A DNA stretch of 64,000 bases from Tubiluchus corallicola (lineage: Eukaryota > Animalia > Priapulida). The stretch is from positions 1-64,000 of the forward strand of contig JAQGDQ010000351.1 in NCBI GenBank assembly GCA_030141605.1. Reading direction: 5' to 3'. The notes beneath the pieces were generated by a model. It was not told where the DNA came from. It was given only the letters and a program-made list of their open reading frames with translations, and ran no database searches. Shown one piece after another: positions 22,901 through 34,900 of the stretch. Position 1 is the stretch's first letter. Each line of letters opens with the position of its first letter. The position numbers and the translations under genes are program-made.

Positions 22901-25900
22901 ATTCCATGATTTTTTTAACTCGTTTAATTCTATTATAAAAACACCGAGATCTTCAGACGGAGTGCATTTTAAAGAATAAACTAATATTATTAGTATTATT
23001 TATTAGCAAAATTGTTTTGCAACAATTTTGCATTAAAACGCTAATTGGTAGTTTGCAAAGGAAACTCGGCATGGAATGAGGTTAGTAGTGCAATATAGAC
23101 CAATTCAGAATACAATGTTAGTATACAAAATTATATGTTACTATACTAAACCAACCATATAATGTTAGTATACAAAACTATATAACAATTTATATCTGAA
23201 AATGTTATTTCTTCCACTAATGCTGCTTTCCATCATCAAACTACAAGGCAATAAGAATACTTAGGCTACACAATCAAACAACTCATCTAGTTACAGCACT
23301 TGGCGTAGTGTAAATGAATAACAACACTTCATAAGATAGTGAGAGATTAATGTAAACTTGAACTAATATTATTTCAAAAAATTTACTCACAGTTTTAGAC
23401 ACTGAGATTTCGTACAGTTACAGGGTTTTCTTGGTTTTAAGCCCGATTCAAATCCCAACCTATAATAAAAACAAAATATAATATGAACCATCAACAGTTT
23501 GTCGTTCATCCACTAAAAATAAAAAATTAAAACACAAAGGTACCAAAAAGACAGCACTATTTGCAGTTACGAGTGAATTTCCTCTAAATTCCACACTGAA
23601 GGAGAATTTTCAATCAGTTTTAATTTGCTTTAGGTGAATTCTCTTACTTAAATGCCTATTGACTTTATTGAGGCAAATATTGCAATACCATGTATTTTCA
23701 CAGAAAAATACTACACAGTTAACATGTGAATTTCCTAAGCAGTAGCGTAGTAAGTGCATTTGGTTGTGCGCGCAAGGGCAAAGAACTTCTGGTGCGCGCA
23801 AGGGCAAAGAACTTCTGGTGCCCTACAGAATTCAATGTTTTGATCATTTGTTTCTAGGATGAAGCCACATATTGTGCACAGTTTTGCACCCCTGAGCCCG
23901 ACTTTCTTTTTTCCACATGATGGGATAAAGACGAAATTTTTTTCTGGGCACTGCACCAGAATAAATCTTTTTTAGGCATTAGTTGCTTCCAATCGATCTC
24001 CTAAACCTCACGCAATCATGCACATGCCGTTAAGTAACAACAATAGCCTTTTTTTCTAAGCTGTATGTACTAATTAAATCAGCTACGATGATCTTTCACT
24101 AAGCAACTTTGTTGTAGTTTAAAAACTTTTGTTAACTGCTAATGTCGATTTAGTAATTAATAATTAAAGTAATTGCGCCCTCTCACTATTGTGCCTGGGG
24201 ACGATTGCCCTCTGTCGTCCCCCTCCTTGCTATGCCTTTGCCTAAGAGTCTTAACTGACAAACCCAAGTAAAAACCAAATAAGAGCTAAAACAATTCTAC
24301 TGCTAGTCACAATTTAATTAATAATTATAGCAACATTTACCCATTGATACTCTTCTGTTCGGGTGGCGCCTTAACTGGCATAGGAGGTGGCGCAGCTACT
24401 GTGATGGGCACGAAGGGTGTCTTTTGAAGACTGCCTACTGTCTGAGTTGGTAGTGGTTTACTTTGTGTCGACTGCTGTTGAGACTGAATCTGCAAAAAAT
24501 CAAATTCTCTAATTAAATCAAAACCGGACCCAATCTTAAACTGTATGGCAAAACAATCTGCACTTTGAAATGTTGAAAGGAAACATACTCTTTTTTTAAA
24601 AATGACTTACGCGCAAGAATTATTACCAAATAAACACAATTTCACGTTCGCGCCTCTAGTTCTTCGCTGTTAAATGCATTTTGCCATTCGCTAGTTAAAC
24701 GGCACTAGCGCTTGCAGTTCGGAAATGCACTGCACAAAAAACAAGTGATGTACCTCTCAGTTTAGATATGTTAGTTTGTGATGAGCTACCAACGTCTAAC
24801 AGCTCATGCTTGAGCACAACGGTAAATTTGAAATTTGAATTTTTATCTTAAAACTTGCCTAGTTTTAATAGAAGACAATGAATATCTTACAGTATTACTG
24901 CACTTCAATTTTCGCTTTCGCAAACACGTGCAACACGCTCATGGAATATTTTTAAGTTTGCAACACGCTTAAATTCTGTTAAGTTTGTGATGTTATCAAT
25001 AGTTGGGCTCACCCGCCGCTAATTAAGTTTTTAATCTATTATTTAATTATCAAAAACACATTTGCAGTATTAACTGTGTTGAAATGTATACTTTTTATCG
25101 GACGTGAAAACGGGGTAGTATATGAAAAACCTCCTGTCTTCCTTTAGTCAAATTTATTCTTTCACTGCATCATCCATGCAATTCTAGATGAGTAAAATCA
25201 TATAAGATGCAGCTGCAATTTTGTTGCAATGTCTCCTGATTAAAGAGTTATCAGAATTGAGTCATAATCTGTCTTCCTCACAAGCAAATATATGGTCTAG
25301 ATCTCTTAGACATTGAGCTAGTAACTCAAAGTCTCTGGTTCTGTTTCTATAGTTTCACATTTCGAAAGCTGCACTTCAGTTCTACTAGTCTGGAATGTAA
25401 AGCAATGGGTTGCTCGCTTATTAAGTTTTCTCTGCAAACTGTCTGGATCTGTCATTCACAATGCCAATTATTGTTGCTATGGTCATTTTTTGTAAAAACT
25501 TAGAATATGGAATAACTTTTTTACGATGTCACAGTACAAAAACTGGTTAAAAACCGCACATGTGCCCAAAGCTTAAAACTTATTTCATGAATGAAACCAG
25601 CATGAAGGATAAATAGACCACACTATAGAGTTACTGTGCAAGACAGTAACCTAAAAGTTTGATAAACTGGAAGTTTATTCCATGATCCACCAACGCCAGT
25701 ATTTGATTAATTTATATCGTCTGGGTTTACTTTTCTTATTGGTCTGATTTGTTTTCCAATCATAATCATGATGCCCCATTTTATCATTTCTGCATTATTA
25801 ACACAGCTGAATGACGATAATAAAAATGTATAATTTGTTATATTGGTACCTTAATTGTAATAATAATAATAATAATCTTTTATTTATCTTTTAACACACG

Positions 25901-28900
25901 CACAGTTACAATACAGATGACCAGTTGGTCTTTCGCTGCCCTTTCTTCACATTTTTGTTGCTAAATTAATTGTATTGTAACTGTGCGTGTGTTAAAAGAT
26001 AAATAAAAGATTATTATTATAATTAAGGTACCAATATAACAAATTATACATTTTTATTATCGTCATTCAGCTGTGTTAATAATGCAGAAATGATAAAATG
26101 GGACGAAGATCCAGTTCTTCACGTGTACAGTGTACACCACAGCTAGGCCTACTTAAAAACCAAAATTTCAAAAACGGTCATCAGTATAATTGCTCCGCTT
26201 TTAGCACGTAAGTCTTGCCGAGGCTAGCTAATTGTATAATTTTATTACGTAATATGATTTAAATAGACCGGTAGACTACACTGCATACACCAAACAACGT
26301 GCTTTAAATATCAAGTGCAGTGTATACGACACTGGCTGGTTAGATTATGTAACATCAGTCTTATAAATGCGTTCGCGTTACAAGTGCTTATTGCAATCTA
26401 TTCTGAATATCATTTAAAATTTACGTTGTTCAGTTTTATTACAGAAATCAGGAAAATAAAATATTTACGCAATTTAATGTCTACCTTCTTTCGCGGTTAA
26501 TCAAAATTTTTAGTGTTCGTGGGGTGTGAACATTATAATGATTCGTCGCACGTGCATACAGCACTAACTATCCCGCCAAATCACGCCACAAAGGTAGCAC
26601 GTTACATCAGCTACGTTATAGATAGCTGTTACCGAGATCGGCTCGTTGGTCTAGGGGTATGATTCTCGCTTAGGGTGCGAGAGGTCCCGGGTTCAAATCC
26701 CGGACGAGCCCGTTTTTTTTTTAATTTATAGTGAAGAGCTGTCTTTTTTTCATTTACGACGAGAACATTCTGGTTAGTTTAGTTCAAATAATACCATTCA
26801 TCTCGGTCTATTGCAGAATAAATAAATAGAAACAAGATGACTGACTTCCCAATTGTGCAAAAAAAATTAAACACTGACTTCCCAATTGTGAAAAAAAAAA
26901 TTAAACACTACACTACATTTGCTTTACAGAAAGCATTGGATCTTACGGCACAGATTGAGGAGGTAAGGAGAATGCATCATCGTAAAAACACATATAAAGT
27001 AGAATTAATTGCAGGTAAGGAGAACGTAACGGCTCAAATTGAGAAAATAAGAAGAATGCATCTTCATAAAAACACACACATTAAACTACATTCACAACAA
27101 TAACAATTTTTTACACACACACAGTAAAAATAAAAGATAAGGAGAATGCATCCTCATAAAAGCACACACAAAGTGCATTCTACATACACACTACATTCAT
27201 AACAATAACAATTTTGTACATGAACCATGTTCAAAATTCTTTAGCAGGGACGGAGACGATGCACTTGCTGTTGCTTTGGTATCGTCTACAGTACCGACTG
27301 TTTTTGTAGTAGTTTCCAAAATCCGGGAACTTTTTAATACCTCCGATCCGATACAAACTGGATTATTTGGATCAAACCAAAGGTGATCATTGTCAATCTG
27401 TTCTGGTCTGATTTTTGAGATAACTCTGCAATTTCTTGCGCAATAGAGGTTTTTTGCTAAATCTCGTAAAGCTTCCTCTTATCCGACTTTGTATGAAGTA
27501 CTGCAACCGCAATTGTCAGTCAGATGGTCACCTTAAATCACTTACTAGATTGCCAGACTGTATTGTCAATCTGTTCTGGCCTAATTTTAGAGATAATTCT
27601 GCAATTTTTTGCTCAATAGAGATTTTTTGCTACATCTAGTTAAGCTTCTAGAAGATATTACTCTCAAAATGTCTTGCCCTTGCTTTCTGAATGCTGACAC
27701 TTTGTTTGGCATTATATAGTAAAGTATTAAGTATTTAAATGATGCCCTAAATCTTTCAAAAGCTGTTCAAACTAGGTTGTGTAATCAATAAAGACAGCGT
27801 TAAGCAAAACTGTAACAGTATTACTATTTACTAGCTCAATTTCTCATTGATTTATCTTGTCGTGTATGAGTGAATACAGTACCACCATGCTATTGCACAC
27901 TGACACGACTTTTGTACCAACGGTCCATCACATTCTTCCAGTTATCATACACAATGTCGGTGTTGTGCATCATCATCTTACATCATCTTTTGTCGGATAA
28001 ATTTTTCTACGTATCATAGGAAAACATTTGGCTTGTTTAATGTGAGAATTATTAAAATGGTAACTTTGGTATACAGAAGGTTCAACTGAACGTTTAGTGA
28101 TCCAAAATTTACCGGACGAATTTTATACCGATATTCCGGGAACAAATGCGGTGTATTTTTAAACACGGCTGCTACTCCATCCAGTTTCTTTTGCCTGGAC
28201 CTCTTATCTGTGGAATTTTACACCCGAAAATTGTTTCCTTGTTAGCTGCAAGTTCACTTACTTCAATGAATGCTAACGAATGTCTCCTACAGCAAACAAA
28301 TCAGTTTCCCGAACTTGCATTCATTTTTAACTTTTTATTCCATTAATGGGTTTATTTGTATTATTAAAAAAATTGGAAACAAGTAGTTTGTTTTCATTAT
28401 CCTGTACTGTGGGTGGAATTATAGATAAATAGAACTATATAGACCAATTTTTAGGCACAACAAGAATTCTTTACAAGGGTTTTGCAGGCTTGAAATTTAT
28501 AATAAAATGAAAAACCAACCTGATTTACGGGAACAAGGGCAAAACTTTGAAGATTTCCCTGATTGGTGGCCAACAACGTAGCACCGGGCGGCAACTGCGC
28601 CAAAACAGATTGTGGAATATTGACAGATTGAGCAGTTTTGAATTGCGCTGACATTATTGGTACTTGTCCTGGCTTGCCTGGAGCAGCTGATGCCACCTAT
28701 TGTAAAATAAAAAAATTAGCAGAAACCAGTTATTTTTAGTACTAGTAGAAAATGAAGATAAAACGCTAGCTTATAAGTCAGTGAAGCATAAAAAAAACAG
28801 AATAAAGAAAAAACAATAAAGCAATTTCAAAAACTGAAATATTAAATTGAACATAATACGCAAAGTAATTTAAAACCACTTAAAATTAATTGCTTGACCA

Positions 28901-31900
28901 TCATCTTCTTAAAATAGTTTTTCAAGGAGGAAGGGCATTTGATAATTTTTTTATATTTCAGTCAGTGTAATGGTCATCGCAAAATCACTTTCAAAACAGT
29001 TATAAGGTGGCAAAGCTTGCACTTTGCAAACGGCAGATTTTGATGTGGAAAAATATGACTATATAGAATGTTTTCAATTTGAAAGTGAGAAATACAAATA
29101 GAAACATTGACTTTTTTGAAGAATTCTACTTAAAATATATAATATTTAAAAAAAATGATACAGGCTGGGGATGATGATAAACAAGTTAACAAGTAATTAA
29201 TTTTTAGTAACCTAAAATAAGTATAACAAAAAAATGAAATTCCATCAACTCTAAAAAGTCGATGAAAGTATATAAGACTTACCAAAATTTGTTTACTTCC
29301 CGCAGGAGCTATAGGTACCTGCCTCGTCAGTGCCATGCTCTTCTGTGCACTAGTCACAGCTGTGTTTATGTGAGAAGTTGTTGCAGCAACCGTTGTCGTT
29401 GTAGTCACCACTGAACTGCTCGCTGTGGTCACCACAACAAGTGACCCACCTGGTGTAATAGATACTGGTATGCCTTTTGCTCTAGTGACAGCTGACCCAG
29501 CATTTGAAGCAAAAGGATGGACAGGAACTTGTCCCAGTGCTGATGAAACAGGACGTAATACTGAAAGAAGTGCATCACATGTAAATTACATGTATTACAT
29601 AAATGCGGAGGGCCATCCACATATAACGATATTAAGTTTAGGGTAGGTAGTTGGCAGGAGACGTTATAATGCAAAGTAGGTAGGTGATTTCGTTTACTTG
29701 ACTTCACTTACCTGACTAAGTTAATTGGGGCTGCCACTGAGTACACTGATGGTTTCATGTTATTTTACACAAGTGACGTTGTTGCCTGTCCTTGGGAGGA
29801 TGAAGAATAAAATGTACAAAAAGCTACAATGGTGTGATATATACATCAACAGAAGAAGTAGGTAGGTGGTGGGGTATATCCTACATACTAAAGAAGTTTA
29901 AAATAAATTAGTTGTATAAATATTATAACAGTAGCATGATATACCATATTACAATTGGAAAAAAACTGAATAACATAAGAGTACTATGACCAAACTGTTG
30001 GTGCTTAGGCACCAATAATCTGAGGTCTTGAAAGCTTTAAAGTAGATAAAAAGCTAAAAAAGACAAGAATTAAAAATAGTAAACTGCTGTAACTGATTTT
30101 CGATGAGGAAGAGACTGCAGTGCAGACCCCAATCGACTAACAATATGATTTTGCACTCTATCAAGCAGATTAAGTTAAGCTGAAGCACCAGCTCCAACTG
30201 CAGTACTCTGTATGACACAACACAACACAGGCATTCCACTTTTTAGATATATTCTTGGTTATTTCTGCCATCTACGATAGAAACATAAATCAATGCATTG
30301 CCTTGGTAATGTTACAGGGCTGGCCAGGTCTCCACTCTGGTGTCATGTTTAGCAATAATTGATAATTTATTTTCAGTTACACTAAATATAAATAAGTAAT
30401 AATTGGCTTAATCAGAGCCAGCTCCACTCCCAAATTTTTTTATCCAAAATTTTAGCCACTGTCAACTTTGTTAGCTATACTTATGTTATATTCACAGTGT
30501 ACTGAAAGCAGGTTAGCGGACAGATGATTCACACCTCAAGAGTTTAATTGCTTCATATTTTGTTTCACTATTCTGATAAACATCAGATTTTGGTGAAATG
30601 CTATACAAGCTGCATGGGCTACATAACGTGGTACCCAGTTTAATTTGTTTATGCTACCCATATACAGTTAACTGGCAGATTAACAGCTTAAAAAATACTT
30701 TGTAGTACCAATATACCAGTGGTTCCCAACCTTTTGTTCACAGCGACCCCTTTCCAAAACCCTGCATCATATCGCGACCTCACGAAGAACATAATCACAT
30801 GTTATATTAATAAAAATCATTATCGTTTACATTTTTTGACTACTCAACAAATTATTGAACAATGAGTGACTATTTCATTAATTCATTAATATGATGGTTG
30901 CACCTGTTTCTCAGCGACTACTAATGCAACAGCAATAGGTATCCAAAGTAAAATGAATAGTAAAATGCTTTCGGGTGGTGTACACTGTACACAAGTGTAC
31001 AGCATGGAACAACTTGCATGTTCATTTTTCTGGAAAATCAAGCAGTGATATACATGCAATGTACTAAACATGATGAGATAATCTGTCTCCATAAAGTGCT
31101 ATGACTATCTCGCTAACAGTATACTTAGCTAAAGCGACTGATCAAATCAAACAACAATAAACTCTCGGGCATTTAAAATCGTTCACTGCAAATTTCTGTT
31201 AAACTCTTGCTGCTTGAATGAGGCCTAACGATATCCGTTTGATGGCTACAAGTGCACTGCCCAAGTTCAAATCCCAAATGTAACCTTATTTTGAATATTT
31301 TTCAAACCCAAAGAAAATGAGTCATGATATAAGTATCAGAGAAAATTATTATTTACAGCGGTTAGTGTAAAGGTTCTTGTAGACACCGCACACTGAGAAT
31401 GCTCATAAAATGAGAAGGCCTTACTTCAAAAACACAGACAATATCTGTCTACCAACATTGCAAGAAAACACTCAAGCCCAACAGAGCTTTAACTGAGTTC
31501 ATAAACAGATGAAAAGCAATTCTACTAAAGGATGTTAAACTTACTGTAAAAGTTGGGAACACCTTAGGAAGAATTTTTAGTGTGAACATTGGAGTCCCCT
31601 AGGGGGAATGTCTTAGTCCAATACTTTTCACGCTCTACCCAATGCACTTAAGACCCAAACTCCTCCAAATGGTGATCATGATTATGATACCAGTGTCTGT
31701 GATAACCTTCCTCAACATGTTCTGGTCCACTCCTATCCTGTTTTGGAATCCTAGGAACCATTCCTTATTGATCAACAATATAACTGACGATATAGGATGG
31801 ATTAGTGTATCAAATTTTCAAACTAGCACAATAAAAAGGGATATTACAAAAAAAAATCTTCAAGTAAGCCAGTCAAAAACAGAAGAATATATTATTGCAA

Positions 31901-34900
31901 AAGATGGTAATCAGTCTTGGAAAAAGTGCAAGTATATTGGCACTTTTCTAAACACCGAAGATGATATTAAAAGTAGAAAGCAACAAGCAATGCATGTTTT
32001 TCTTCACCACAAGCATGTATTAACTAGCAAGAAATTAAGCCTTAGTATAAGACTTCGATTATTTAATGCTTACGTTACCAGCATATTTATGTACAACAGT
32101 GAAACATGGGGTTGAACGATTACTCAAGAAAAGCAGATTGACACATTTCATAGAAGCCTTCTAAGGAGTTTTAGAGATAAGATGGCCATACAGAAACAAA
32201 AACGAAGATTTATACATTAGAATGAAAGAAATTCCTTGGAGTTCAAAAGTCAAGATCTGAAGATTAAGATGGCTAGGACATCTTCCAAGATTACCAAATG
32301 AAGCACCAGTAAGAAGCACCTTAAAGGAAGCCTTAAAACCCTACAAAAAAAACCATCTGACAAACCAAAAACAATTTGGATTGCTAAGATAAATAAAGAT
32401 GTTCAACAACTTTAATCAAATCTATCTTTAGGAGTAAAAGAACTTATGCTGTTAGCTGCAGATAGAAGTGGGTGGAATACTATAATAAATATTGGTGCCT
32501 CAATGTCCACAACAGATGGAATGAGACTTTGAAGAAAAAAGAACTGGTCAATTTGTTAAAATTAACTATAGTAAACACCACTTAAGAGACTCACTTTGGA
32601 ACAGAAATGTTTTGATCCATTTAACCAACAGATGTAGTATTACTAATACAGAAGTACGAGTCATCACTCTTCAGCTTAGCGTGTGCTGTAAACACTGTGT
32701 GAGCTTTAAATCTTAGGTCTTTTTGCTTATGTGCTACTGTAGTTTTCAAAATTAACTCTATGGTCTTAGTTGCTCTATATTTATGCTTGTAAAACCAGAA
32801 AGAATACAGGCAGATTACTGCCGCTGCATCTGCTGCATAACAGCAACAATTAACTGATCAAAAATGCTGTGAAAATTAGTAAGTGCTTCAAAACTGCTAA
32901 TTTTTGGCTAGTCATTTGCTAGGCATGTAATTAAAAGTTTAGCTTTCATAAATTCTTGGGCACGAGGTTAAATGCAATGAACAAGCTAGTGACAGAATAA
33001 AAACAAAACCACTAGCTAGCATATTAGTGCATGATAAACGTAACCAACAAACCCCCACACTATTTAACATGAATGCTTCTTTTTCTAGGTATAGTATAGT
33101 GCTCAAAAACGAAGTAATGATCACATAAAGCAGTAAAAGCTCTTTCATCACAAACAAATACCTGAAGCAAAAATTGAGTTACTTATGGGGAGTTTTTCAT
33201 CAATTGTTGGCGGTATTTATATGCATTTGAATAGGAGCGGCCATTTCAGACGTTTTTCAGTCAATTACTCAACTGATTCCATTAACCGTGATGAGTCTAA
33301 TGAATGGCGCCTACTGTACTTGTCAATTTCATCAAAGCTTTGCCTTCTGCAAAAAAGTTTATCAAATACCTGTCTGATTGCTGGCAGAGGTCGTAAGAGA
33401 TGAAGCTGGTACAAGACGGACATGCTGCAGTCTACTGGATGACTGTGCTCCAGAGGAAGAGGATGTCGCTACTTGACTTTGAAACAATTGCCGCTAGAAC
33501 AAACAAGTCTTTTTATAAATGACAGTAACAACTTTAGGCGTATGATGTAACCTTGTGCAAAAAAAACAAAATTATTATGACTTAAAATGTGAAAGAGCAT
33601 GTGTTAATTATTAGTAGCAAGAAAGTAAAAAACTACTTAACAAAATGGTTTTTAGCACTTATTGACTTACCACAGTTTGTGTGCCTGGCTGCTTCACAAT
33701 TATTTTTGAAGGAGCCACAGTTACTGCAGTTGGTCTTCCTGTTGAAGTTGCAACCAATGAAGATGTAGCACTAGCACGCACTGCTGGTATAGCAGGAGCA
33801 ATTTTAATCGGTGACCTAGTAGCCATAGACACAGGAATCATTGTAATTTTTGAGGGCGACTTTAATGGTGAGACAGTAATACGATTTCCTGGCATTACTT
33901 GTTGTTTATTAGGAGATGCTAAAGTGAAAACCTGTCCTTTAAAGGGTGACATTACACCAGTAGCAGGTAATGCAACAGCTTTTATTGGAGATCCAATGGC
34001 TGTTCCAGAAGAAGCCATTTGATTAGCAACTGCTGCAGCGATGTTCTGAATGTCGGCTTCGCTGCCCGGTGGAACGCCTGTTATTATCATTTTTGTCATC
34101 GGCTGCTTGACACCTGTTTTAATGGGTGACTTCGGCAAACCTAAAGATGGCATTGCACTTGTGGTTACAGCTTGTGTTGAAGGTTTGGTATAGACTTGAA
34201 CAGTTGTTCCCAGAGGCTGTTCACCAATTTGTGACTTATTTGACGAAACAACCAAGGTCGTTTTTGCACCTGCAACTTGCGTTACGGCTTGCGCCGATAC
34301 CTGCACATGATTAAATGAAGAAGTGTCTGTTTCCATGGGTATAACACCATCAATGTGATCAATCAATTTACTAAGATCTGTTTCTAGGTTCTCGAGAGCA
34401 GCTAAGCCAGAATTTGTTGTAGCTTGCACTTGTTGCACATCTAACTGAATGGCTTCACCAAGAGTGGATTTTCCTAAAAAGATGGACTGTCTTTAACTCA
34501 CTCATGAATATATTTTTATCTTTCTTCATTATATAAAATACAGTTAACCCTCTCATTAACGAACCACATAACAAAAGATTTGTAAAACAACGGACAAAAT
34601 CCGGCAACTCAAATGTCCAGCCCAATAGTTTAAAACTTGAGAGAGAAGCATACCAAGATCGGTAGCCCAGTAAGTGTCCGCTAGGCTAGTCAGTTGGTAC
34701 ACGCCAAATGTTTACAAATACCAGAGGAGCTGTTGTTATATGGTATGCTTTCTAAGATCGTCTTACCACTCTTAAGGTATGAGGCAAGTATATAAGGCAA
34801 TATTGATGGCAGTATTAGTATTTGTAAATGTAGCAATTAAACTGTTGTTTTGAAAAAACAAACCTGTAGTGCGTTGTTTAAAGGGGAAATAAAAGAGAAC

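Noticed and set aside
30717-30800. hAT-Charlie-like end CAGTGGTTCCCAACCT
   Set aside because: No matching second TIR or TSD found; too fragmentary to delimit.
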